In this document: piece after piece, positions 25,906-37,587 of the stretch
How the letters are laid out: each line of letters starts with the position of its first letter
Position numbering within the stretch: position 1 is the stretch's first letter
Source: Eledone cirrhosa
Taxonomy: Eukaryota
Assembly (NCBI GenBank): GCA_964016885.1
Contig: OZ024745.1
Span: forward strand, 81,902,001-81,966,000
Length of the DNA: 64,000 nt
Direction: 5' to 3'
Notes under the pieces: model-generated
What the model saw: the letters and a program-made list of their open reading frames with translations, nothing else
Told to the model about the DNA's origin: nothing
The model's database searches: none
Position numbers and translations under genes: made by a program

Positions 25906-28900
25906 TATATATATATTTACCACTTAAATATATCCCTAAAAGCTGTGCCTCAGCAGGTTGAGATGATATTGTTAATTCAATTCTTGAAAATTAATGACTG
26001 CAGAGAAAAAATGTAGGTGAGGAAAAATTCTACAGGACCTCTTGTCTAATTACTTGAAACCTGTGAGAATTTTGTGTATTATGGGTGTTTGTCTATGATA
26101 ATGCTGGTGAAGTTAGGTATTGGATAAAACATATTCCAGCACATTTTTAGACTTCAAAAATTTGCCATGAATGTGACTTTCATAGTCTTATGAAAAATAT
26201 TCTATACTCCCCTATGACACAAATTTAAGCAAGTCCAGAGTTATCGGTGTGATCTAGAAAAACATTGTTTTATGTCCAATTTCCATGCTGGCTGGATAGT
26301 TCATTACACTCTGAGACCAGGCAGGTTGGATGACCATGTCTCATACATTTGCATGGTTTCTATGGCTGGATGCCCTTCCTAACACCAACCACTTTACAGA
26401 GTAGACTGGTTGTACTTTGACATCAAGACTACCTCCCACTTCACTGTGTTGACTGGGTGCATTTTAATGTGACATTACGGCTACTATACAAATAAAATAC
26501 AGCTCAAATTAGTTACTTCATATCCCTGCCTCCTTCTGTGAGTTATTTATATAAAGTTGAAGCTTAAGATTTTTTGTTGGTCAGCATCTTCTTTAGATAT
26601 ATAGTTTAAACTACTCCTATCTGGGAATTAAAACCAGATTGGTAATTCAGTTAAGATCTCACTACATTGTGCTTGTTATTTTGAATCTTGCCTTTTTTGT
26701 TTATTTTCTGCTGCTAGCTGTTGTTTCATTTCCCATGATCCATGCTGTTATTATTTAATCTAATAGAGTTCAAATCCCACCAAGGTTAACTTTGCCTTTC
26801 ATCCTTACGGGGTCAATAAAATAAAGTACCAGTCACACACTGGGATCGATTTAATCGACCCCGCCCCATTGCTGGCCTTGTGCCTATATAAGAAACCATT
26901 AAGCTTCTAGTGGTTGTGTCACCCACTATGTTCTTGGCCTATTGTCATCATGTCAGTAATTTATTAACTATTGTTGGATTAGAATTTTTTTGTTTAACAC
27001 ATATTTACTGTTTCATTTCTTTACACACATATATAGTTTATTACAATATAACGTATTGTGGATAATGTATAAGTGAAATGTTAGGTGCAAATGTTTCCAT
27101 TTTAAGTCTTTAATTAGTACTGCTTTCAGTTATTATCAGATATTTCATTTCTTGCATGTTTTATTTTTTAATTTTTTATTTCTTTTGAGATGATCACATA
27201 GCAGTTTGTCTAGGGTATAAATTAACTTTAATAAAGTATTATTTCTAATAAGTAAATCATATGTAGAGAAAACTAACATTAAAGCAACTGCAGTAGTTGT
27301 AGAATTTATAGCAAAAACTTAACAGCAGTTATCTTAGTCTGTTTAACTAACAACAATAATATTATTCTTTTAAACTTCAAGGTAAGCAATCTAAGATTAC
27401 AAATTTCGTGCGAATACAGAAAATATTGGTAAAATTTAATTTAGCAATTCTAAAATAATTGTTTATCAAAATGATATGAGAAAAATTGAATATCTAGAAA
27501 AATGTTGTTTTCTGAAAAGTTAAAGGCAATTTTTCTCATATCGTTTTGATTGAAATTTTCTTATTAGATAAACATATAGTGAGACATAGTTTTGTGTGTC
27601 AGTTCACGCCACATTTTTTTCAAGTGAGGCACATTTTATTTCCAATTAAGAATATTGTAACATCCATTAACCTTGGCTCCATGCTTCAATAAGAAACTCC
27701 TATATTGAGAGGAAAATAAAGAGAATCAATCTCAAAATAGCGCATTCATTTATAACATTTTATGAGTCTTACAGATAGGTATAAAATACTCTTTGACTAA
27801 TGCTTATGTGGTATTGGTTGGACTCACTCCTATGACCCAGTTCCTCAATCATCATCTTTGCTGTTGCAAGGACCTTGGTCTGGAGCCCCCCACCCCACTC
27901 CCCAGCATCGCCCACATACCAGACATTCAAATCCAGGTCAGCTCCCATCTTGGTGGCACCATCAATGCCCAGTGCAAAAACAATGTCTGAGTGGGTCAGC
28001 TCCTGTGGCAGATAGGAGGAAATGGTCACCAAAGGACAGGTAGAAGGGCTCTCAATAGGCTTGCCAAGCAGAGTGGTAAAACTGAGGGCCCTCCCCTTTA
28101 CTGAGCAGAGGATGACATCCCGACTGATGGAATTCTTGTGATCTAGCTTGAGGATAGCCTTGGGGGTTTCAGAAGTTGGTAAATGCTCTGGTGGCATGGG
28201 TGGCAACCTCATAGCCCAGCTTGGTACCCACCCCTAGCTGAATAAAGAAAAATTTGGTGGACAGGCTGCCTGAAATCGAAGACAGACATGCTTTTGCAGT
28301 ATGCACCCAACTGCTATGGGGCAGGGGTCAAATGCTTGTTTACGAAAAGATAGTATAACAAAGGGAAATATCTCTGTGTAGATGTAAATTTGAAAAGAAG
28401 AGTAGGTGTACTTGTGTTAGTATGTGTGCACTAAAGCTCATGTATGGTATTGTTTGGTGGTATGTAATATTGAAATGTTAATATTAAGTTATGGAGTTGA
28501 GTAGTATACAAGGTGTACTGTATTATGTAAGTTTGGAAAAAGAGAAAATGAGAGTGAGAGATGTCTGAATGTGGGGTTGTAATCACTAAATATAGAGCCA
28601 TCAATATGTAAACATAGAGGTAGATGTATATATACACATATCTAAGGGGATAGTTTTTCAAGAGGAACTTCACTGAAGTATCATCGGCGGTGACACACTT
28701 TCCAATGGCTGACAAATGAAGCATCAATAACATCACCTTGCTTTGTGGAAACTCTGAGTACTTAGGAAGGTATATGCCAGTTTGTGATGTGTTTTATATA
28801 ATAGAGTAGATATAGATATGTGCAAAAAGTTAAGAAAGTAAAGTAACAAAGGAGAATGATGCAAGGCAATGGAGATATATTTTAGTTTAATGCCTGATAT

Positions 28901-29265
28901 AGTAGGAAAAGAGTCTTAATGTTGTGTGTGTGTGTATATATATATATATAGTCACTAATGACCATGGTTTTGCATCTAGAGAGTTTCCCTCTGAGCTACT
29001 AGCCTGGACAAGGTTTGTTTGTGGAAGACCAGCAGTCGGCCATGCATTCCAGTCTCCCTCCTCCATGCCACCAATGTTGTCCAATGGAAAGGCAACAGCT
29101 GATACAGCTTGGCACGAGTGACGTCACAACACATTTCTACAGTTGAGTGAATTGGAACAACGTGAAATAAAGTTTTTTGTTCAAGAGCACAACACATCAA
29201 TCAGTCTGAGAATCAAACTCACAACTTCTCTAAGCCCAATGCTCTAAGCAGTAAGCCATGCACCT

Positions 29266-29269
<4 letters not shown>

Positions 29270-29344
<75 letters not shown>

Positions 29345-29358
29345 TATATATATATAAT

Positions 29359-29432
<74 letters not shown>
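29270..29432. repeat. Long (TA)n microsatellite (others near 3450, 20350, 30951, 37545, 44552, 62008)
   Basis: Directly visible. Confidence 0.95.
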
Positions 29433-29434
<2 letters not shown>

Positions 29435-29776
29435 GGAGGCACGTGGCTTAGTGGTTAGAGCATTAGCCTTACAATCGAAAGGTTATGAGTTCAATTCTCA
29501 GACCGGGTGATGTGTTGTGTCCTTGAGCAAGACACTTTATTTATTTCACATTGCTCCAGTTTACTCAGCTGTAGAAATGAGATGATAGGACTAGGGTCCC
29601 TATCATTCCACTGCAAAGTGGACGTGTAGGTGCCACGGCAAAAAAGCACCCAGCACTCACTGTAAATGAGGTTGGTGTTAGGAAGGGCATCCAGCTGTAG
29701 AAATCAAGCCAGAATCAGTTCCCGTCCCACCCTTGCAAGCAGGGAAAAAGCGGACGTAAAATGAAATGATGAATGA
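29435..29776 (+). mobile_element. tRNA-derived SINE with RTE-derived tail (another copy at about 11842-12175)
   Basis: A box TGGCTTAGTGG and B box GTTCAATTC. The 3' part is shared with the RTE 3' UTR and ends (TGA)n. Confidence 0.8.
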
Positions 29777-29784
29777 TATACATA

Positions 29785-30432
29785 TACAGGATGCGGACGG
29801 CATCTGAGGACACATGTATTTTTAGTCATTATTTTATGCAACTAATTTTTTTTATTGAACTTCCATTTCAGAAAATAACTATGCTTACTAATGAAATGAA
29901 AAGGCATGTTGTGGTTGTGGCTTTGAAGGCTAAGCATTGGGATTTAGAAATTTCTCTTTTTCTGAAAGTTGTAAGATCTTTTGTCCACAAGATTCGGTGC
30001 GAGTTAGAGAAAGATGGAAGCGTATTACATGTATCAAAACGTAAAAAACATTCCAAACACTCTGATTCTATCGGGACACCTGAATTTATTCAGGAAGTTA
30101 AGCAAAACATTGATGACAATGCAGGAAAATCGAGGTCAATTGCAAAAAATGTTGGTGTGTCAGAAAAAACAATCAGAAATGTTATGCATGAAGACATCAG
30201 ATACAAATCTTACGTGATGAGGAGAGGTCGATTCATGTTAGAAAAAACAAAAGAAAAGCATTTAATCAGAAAGAGTTTTAAACAAACATAAAATCTATCA
30301 GAAGATGGTGTGATTTGGTTTTTCTCAAATGAGAAAATCTTTGACCAGGACCACAAGGCTCAAATGACACAAGAATGGACGGGCGACAATTTGCATGATC
30401 GCATGACCCCCAACATTTGGCCTCCTAATTCC
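29785..30432 (+). mobile_element. Tc1/mariner (maT/DD37D-like) transposon relic, internally deleted
   Basis: TACAGG left end. HTH region SIAKNVGVSEKTIRNVMHEDIRYKSY; WFFSNEKIF (normally FSDEK); WPPNS motif cut off at the foldback. Confidence 0.8.
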
Positions 30433-30774
30433 CATCAGATAAAATACAAAGTTTGTTTTATAAATATTGACATATCCAGGAAGAAGATCTTAACGTTTCA
30501 AGTTTTTCCTGGATAGTCTTGAACCGTTAAGATCTTCTTCCTGGATATGTCAATATTTATAAAACAAACTTTGTATTTTATCTGATGAGAGCATACCAAA
30601 GTTTTGGCACCCTTGAAATATATATATAATAGAATAAATATGGTTTTATAAATATAGTTTCCATTTATTTAATATCATTGATATTATACTCCAGAAAACT
30701 TGTCGAGTGCTTCGAATCAGTTATAAACATATATATTTGTTGAATTAACCAACAAATTAAATATCCCTTTTGCT

Positions 30775-30775
<1 letters not shown>
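30433..30775. mobile_element. PLE-type pLTR foldback, family 2, at the point where the mariner relic breaks off
   Basis: Arms 30433-30502 and 30519-30587. Similar to 3810-4236. Confidence 0.75.
30574..30636 (+). ncRNA. Minimal hammerhead motif with palindromic (UA)n stem III
   Basis: UAUUUUAU-CUGAUGA-GAG..CCAA/UUGG..CUU-GAAA-UAUAUAUA-UA^-AUAGAAUA. Confidence 0.7.
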
Positions 30776-30817
<42 letters not shown>

Positions 30818-30847
30818 TAAGAAAATGCGAAGTCCTTTATTGATAAT

Positions 30848-30919
30848 GCTGTGATACATATTTCAATGGGGACTGGCCACACGTTCCGTGTACCCAGTGC
30901 CATGACACCATCAGACAGC
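30848..30919 (-). ncRNA. Degenerate hammerhead-like motif (fourth family)
   Basis: Minus strand reads GCUGU-CUGAUGG(ugucaugg...)-long stem II (ACUGG/CCAGU, CACG/CGUG)-GAAA-UAUGUA-UC^-ACAGC. Core A9 is altered. Confidence 0.5.
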
Positions 30920-30948
30920 TTCTTATATAAGGTTACGTTCCCGAGGCA

Positions 30949-31002
<54 letters not shown>

Positions 31003-33722
31003 TGATTGTCTTGTCTTTTGAAGCCTTTACAGTATGTGAAAACACTTACATATATTGTTGTCCATTTATTTTTTCAGGGCTTAAATATGTTCTAAAAGCT
31101 GTGTTTAGTTTAAGTATATTGTTTGACAATACATTCTGATCAATTCAATATAATGTTGTTGTTGAACGGTTGATTGGCAATATCGGTATAGCTTCAGACA
31201 GCATGCTTTGCGGTATGGTTACATCTCTTTTCGTCCTGAGTTCAAATCCTCCAGAGGTTAGCTTACAGAGTATCCTTACAGGGTCGATAAAATAAAGTAC
31301 CAGTCAATTTAATCGACTTTCCCTTCCCTCCAAATTATTGGCCTTATGCATAAATCAGAAACCATCATCATTATTATTATTTCTGCAAGGACGGTGGATT
31401 GGCAGAGTTGTTAGTGTCGAATAAATGCTCAGAAGTATTTATCTTGACTCTTTACAACCTGGCGATCAATAAAATAGAGTACTAATGATATACTGTCAAT
31501 GCCCCCACCCCCTCATTCATGCTCCAATCCTATGTGAGAAACCATTGTTATTCTGGTGGTGGTGGTAGAAGGGGGGGGGGGGTTAAATAAGATATGTTTT
31601 AAATTATAACATCATTATCTTTTATGCCGAAGCTGAAATGAAAATCATTTTTCCTTTCAAAATTTGTATCTCAACATTTCCATGGTTAGAAACAGTGATA
31701 ATTGGGATATCATGGATACAGTTATACCTCCTCTTATGTCATACTATGCTTACTTGGACAATTAATGATGGGTTGGATGTTGCTTGCTTCACATCACAGC
31801 TGTAGCTGGTGGTGTCAGACAAAAGGGTCAGTGAAAGGTCAGGTGGCATCACAATTATCCCATATCAAGGTGGTATGCCCCTTCATCTAGTCTGTGACCA
31901 CTTCCTTTTTCTCGTAACTTTACGAATTCGGCATCAGCCCCAAGCTCCATTGCTTGACATGCTTAAGATTGCTTGGCTGACAAAGTACCAGGCACTCTCC
32001 AATAGATTTCTTGTGGTGGAAAGAAGAAAAAGATGAGAAGATGAAGGAAAAATAAAATGGGGAAGAAAAGAAGGAAAACATGTCATTTAGGGTTGGCTCC
32101 TGAATCACCTCCCTACTTTGATCAGGATAGAGATGACCATTTGCAAGAATAAGCCCTGTGGATGGACTCTTTCAGGACATCTCTCTTGCTATTCACTGGG
32201 GTAATGTTTTTACCATTCTGTCCACTGGGACCATGAAGCAATAGCTATCTCATATAAAAATACAGCATGACATTATTTGGTAAATGATATCTGTATAGAA
32301 ATGAATGAATATAATTTATTAAAATATACTGAGGAGTTCTGTGGTGTCAACAATCCATGCTATTTGCATTCCTTTCTGATAAATGTTGAGGGAAAGTTGT
32401 GTTTACAAATCATATTATAATCCAATCATTTTTGTCTATAGAGAGAAGACAGAATTGGTAGATTGTGGTTTTAAGAGGTTACACTTCTTACATTTTGAGT
32501 TCAAATCCCACTAATGTTTAATTTGGCTTTCACATATCTGAGGTCATTAAAATAAGTACCAGTTAAGTTTTGGAGTTGGCACAATTGACTATATTCTTAA
32601 AAGCAATTCTCCCAGCCTGGCCACAATTCAAAGACTGAAGCCAATACAAGAATGAACTGTTTGTTGTCATTAAAAGGATAAGCAATTTATTTGTTTACTA
32701 ATTACTGTTGTAATATCAAATTTACTTTAGTTGAAGAAATTGTTAGAATTTTATTTTTTGTTTTATAGCCTTCATTTCTCTCTTTCTCCACAATACATAC
32801 ATATATACATTGTCTTGTAACTCCTGATAGGAGTGTCATATTGACATACAGCATTTCTAGGGCATTTTAAAACCTGGCAGAGCCCATCCCTTTCCAGGTT
32901 TGAATACAGCAGTTTTCTTCAAGAGAAGGATAGAGAGAATGGAAGTGAGAAAGAGACATAGCGGAAGAATCAACCCTAGTACTAGACTGGTACTCCTTTT
33001 TTTAATTTAAAAAAAAAAAATATTATATTGACCTCAAATGGATGAAAGACAAAGTTAACTTCAGCGGGAATTGACCCAGAGATGAGAGAGCCGAAACGAA
33101 CGCAGCAAAGTCTTCTATCAGCCATTCTAACAACTCTGTTAATTTGCCACCTCTTTCTCAACAATACATACTCTTAATTCTTTCCATTTCCCTCTATTAT
33201 TGATATTAAATATATTTAACAAGGTTAGGATTACAATTTATCTAAAATTCGTCATGTAAAAATCACATTTTTGTCCTTGTTATCTTTAATTTTAATAACT
33301 ATATTCTTGCATTCATTATTTCTACTACAACCCCGTTTTCTCTCTCATCCTCTCTCACATAAACACATAGACACACACAATCCCGTTATGAATGTTTTTT
33401 TTCTTTCTTATTTGTACTTCTGTGTCTGAATGTCATTATAACTCTCAAGTGTTCTTATAGCAGAAGAAACACAAGTTCATCTTGACTAACTAAACAACTA
33501 ACTTGTATATGTTATTTCTGTTGCTATTTTCACCAATCTGTAACAACCAGAATGTGTCTCATTAATTGTGACATTAGCTTTAACAACTAACAATACATCT
33601 GTCTTCCCCCTTCTTTCATCGTATATCACATGTAGTGAGATTTACTGTCACCATCATTTTTTCTGCAAAACTACATGTCTACTAACAACTATTTATCTAC
33701 CATCATGCTAACCAACAAATCT

Positions 33723-34248
33723 ATCAAAGGAACAAGTGTACTACAATCTGATGACAACAACCCTTCGACCTCTCATTCACATCAAAGGAACAAGTGTACT
33801 ACAATCTCATGACAACAACCCTTCGACCTCTCATTCACATCAAAGGAACAAGTGTACTACAATCTGATGACAACAACCCTTCGACCTCTCATTCACATCA
33901 AAGGAACAAGTGTACTACAATCTCATGACAACAACCCTTCGACCTCTCATTCACATCAAAGGAACAAGTGTACTACAATCTCATGACAACAACCCTTCGA
34001 CCTCTCATTCACATCAAAGGAACAAGTGTACTACAATCTCATGACAACAACCCTTCGACCTCTCATTCACATCAAAGGAACAAGTGTACTACAATCTCAT
34101 GACAACAACCCTTCGACCTCTCATTCACATCAAAGGAACAAGTGTACTACAATCTCATGACAACAACCCTTCGACCTCTCATTCACATCAAAGGAACAAG
34201 TGTACTACAATCTCATGACAACAACCCTTCGACCTCTCATTCACATCA
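33723..34248. repeat. Minisatellite, 58-bp unit x9, nearly identical
   Basis: Unit ATCAAAGGAACAAGTGTACTACAATCT(C/G)ATGACAACAACCCTTCGACCTCTCATTCAC. Confidence 0.95.
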
Positions 34249-35949
34249 GAAACTTGGAAGCATTCCTCTGCTTATTAATTAATTTATTTATTTAATCAAT
34301 TTAAACATCCGTATACAGCTAGTAAGCCATGGTAGGCTAGGGGAGGTATCTGGTACCCCTTTCAGTTAAGAAACAAAAACAAGATAGACAGATAAAAAAG
34401 GGGAAGGGCAAAAGAAGCAGAAATAAGATTTAAAAAGTGAAAAAACATATTGCTTTTTCATTAATTACTAAATTAAATTTAAAAAGGTTAGAACAATTTT
34501 AGTTACACTTTTATTTATTTGCACTTTATATATATATATATATTAATATCATACTTTAGAAACACTGAGGAGTTATGAAATTCATAGAAAATGTAGGAAG
34601 CTCCGACACAGAAAATAACTGTAAACACAGTCAATTGTTATAAATAACAACTCGGGAAATCTTTCAGAAAGATATGAATTTTGATTCTGCATAGCAGCTG
34701 CCGGCCACTTTTTCCCGTCTAAAAGGGATCTTTACTCAATTTTCCAAGCTATTATTTATAGCAACCAACTGTGTTTACATTTATTTTCTGCATCTGAATG
34801 TCCTACATGTTCCCTACATCTATATAAGTTTATTGTTTGATAATTCAACCTTCAGAGCATGGATGGATAGACCAGTAGCCACTTGGTAGGTTGTTCATAT
34901 CTTAATCCTGTTACTTTATTTCTAACAGGGTCAGTCCGCCTAGTAGCAAATGGTTAGCAGACTGAAGAAGGGAACAGTTCATGAATGAATGTTTTTGTTA
35001 ATTGGGAGTGCTGAGTTCAACTTCATGTGTGGATATAGTTTGGAGAAAAATGAATTCTGCTTAGCCAACCCTCTCTCTCATATAAATATTTCATTTGAAG
35101 ACAAGTATCAGAGGTGTCCCTTTTACGTAGTGCTTCATAGCACTTATCATAACTAGGTGATTGATTGTCTTTTGAAGTAATTATACTATTATCACTCAAT
35201 ATTGTTTGTTAACTAAGGGTTAAACAGTTTCACAAAGCTTGACTATATGCTTTATAGCATTTCATTGGGTAAACTGAAGTATTATCATTGGATCCATCTT
35301 AGCACGTCATCCATTTGAAGTGAATAAAGTGACAATAATATACTACTTAAAAAAGAGTTTCTGCTGAGTGAGAATGAATGAGCTTTTATGATTGACTTAT
35401 GGTCCATTAAAGTAGGGCTTGTATTTTCTGAAATTTTGGTACAATTTTCCTAATGCTATTTGCACTTATTGAAACTGAGCTGCTCTCAGTTTCATTAAGT
35501 GTTGACATTGTTGAATAATGTAGTAGTTTTATGTGTGATGGTATATTTATACATCACTGATTCTCTCTTTGGGACTTGCAGTTTCCACTGGCTAATGTAA
35601 AAAAATATATACTAAAATGATACTCAATGTCCTTGTTTTAGTAATAATTTCTGGCTGTTAGAATTGCATATATGCCCCCCCCCCCCCCCTTTTTTTTTAA
35701 TACTCAGATGCAATATATTTTGGAGATTTATTGTATATTTTTATCTGCTGTTTTTATTTTTTAAACCCCATGCAATAAATATTTTATTGGTTCATGTGAA
35801 ATAAATAAATAAAGATATTGTTTTATATATTTTGTATCATAGGAAGAATTCAACATTGAAGAGAATTAAAAATTGTTGGGTAATGGAGTAAGTTTCTTAA
35901 TTAATCATTGATATTTTTAATATATTTAAATTTATTTTCATTTTTGCAG

Positions 35950-36036
35950 GAAATGGATAATCTACGATCTATAAATGCACGCCTGAAAGAAGAGAATGGA
36001 GCTTTAATAAGAGTGGTCAGCAAACTCTCCAAGTAG
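35950..36036 (+). CDS. PPP1R12A: Terminal exon D2: canonical leucine zipper EMDNLRSINARLKEENGALIRVVSKLSK*
   Basis: tttttgcag|gaa acceptor, phase 0. Encodes 28 aa + TAG, close to the MYPT1 C-terminus LKDENGALIRVISKLSK. Too short to appear in the ORF track. Confidence 0.92.
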   Translation, partial: EMDNLRSINARLKEENGALIRVVSKLSK

Positions 36037-37538
36037 TCACAACTGCTTTATTATTACATTTTTTTACACACACACACACACAATATACACATAAGCACAT
36101 TACTTATGCCCCCTTTAATTTCTTATTCTCCTCCTCCCTCTTCTCTATTTACTTATTACTCTACTCCCATTCCCATAGTTCATACCACATCATAATCATC
36201 ATGATCATCGTCATCATTGTCTTCAGCACCATCATAAATATCATGGTCAGGTTCCCCCCCAAATCCAGACATTTGTATCAAAATCTAAACTTTCTGCTTA
36301 CACTGGATTCTGTTCTTGTCTTCCAAACTATAGTTCTTGCATATAACCACCATGCCAACCTTGTTGCAGCTGCTTGGCTCTTGTTGAATACCTATTTTGC
36401 ATGCCAACATACACATACACAAAAAAAAAAAAATGTCTTTTCCTCGTGTTGATTCATAAATAAATTTCAAAGCTACATGCATACTCTGCATCATTCATTT
36501 GTTCCACATTTAAAAGCAAGAAAATAAAAGAATAACAACTTGAAGAACAAAAATAACTCTATACGTTTTATCCCAGTGTGTTGTGTTTGAAATGGATAAC
36601 ACACTGTAGACTATTTGTATTCATATAAAGGCTATAGGCATCCTAGCACAAAATCAAGTGAAGTAACCCCTGAGACAAAAACATATCTAAAGATGTTGGT
36701 AAGCTATATTTACATGGGCAGCATCAGCTTAGCTAAGTCATTTTATCCTGTATTATATATATATATATGTATAAGGGATAACAAAATATTGTTATAGGTA
36801 ATCCAGTTAGAGGTTGTGAATAATTCTTATGGATCGTTTTAGCGTACGGCTTTGTTTGACTCAACAAGAGGTTTACGTAGATGGCGAGTTTATGATTTAA
36901 CTATGTAAGTTTATCTTGGAGTAATAAAATTGAAAAAGTGAAGAATAACATGGTCAACAGTACAAAAAAGGTGAATTTATTTACAGTCTAACAATTGTTT
37001 CTCTGATTGAGTTGTCTAAAAATTGCTGAACACTAGAAGCATGTGTATGTGTATATATATATATATAAGGATTATACCAGCTTTAAACTAGTAAGACCAT
37101 TATTCAGCACTCAATACTCAATACTTTGGATAGTAGAGTGATGACTGAGCTCTTGCCATTTTGAAAGCAAATTCCAGACTCTGGAATTTGCTATCGAAAT
37201 GGCACGACTCAGCCATTGCCCATGTAGCAAATGGGCCCTACATTTATCGAGAGGAGAAACAGCATGAGTAAATGGCAGATACTGTGATGAAAAAGGAATA
37301 AAAAGTAAAACACATATTAATATGAAATAAAGAAAAACAAAAATAGAGTAGAGAATGTAGAGTAGAACATTAAACATAGTTCATAACTCTTTTATAAATG
37401 ATTTTTATTTCTGCCTGTATATAAAAATGAGGAAGGTAATATGTGAGTGAGAGAAAGTATAAAGCTAGTGATAAAAAGGTGGAGCTAATAAGTCCTCATA
37501 GAAAAGAATAGTGAATGGCTAATGTGTGTGTGTGTGTG

Positions 37539-37587
<49 letters not shown>

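Noticed and set aside
27769-28300. 147-aa ORF as a host gene
   Set aside because: No recognisable domain or exon structure. LGIDGATKMGAD..W weakly resembles a decayed LINE AP-endonuclease segment, too weak to call either way.
33723-34248. CRISPR-like array
   Set aside because: Units are contiguous and identical with no unique spacers, the context is eukaryotic, and there are no cas genes. It is a minisatellite.
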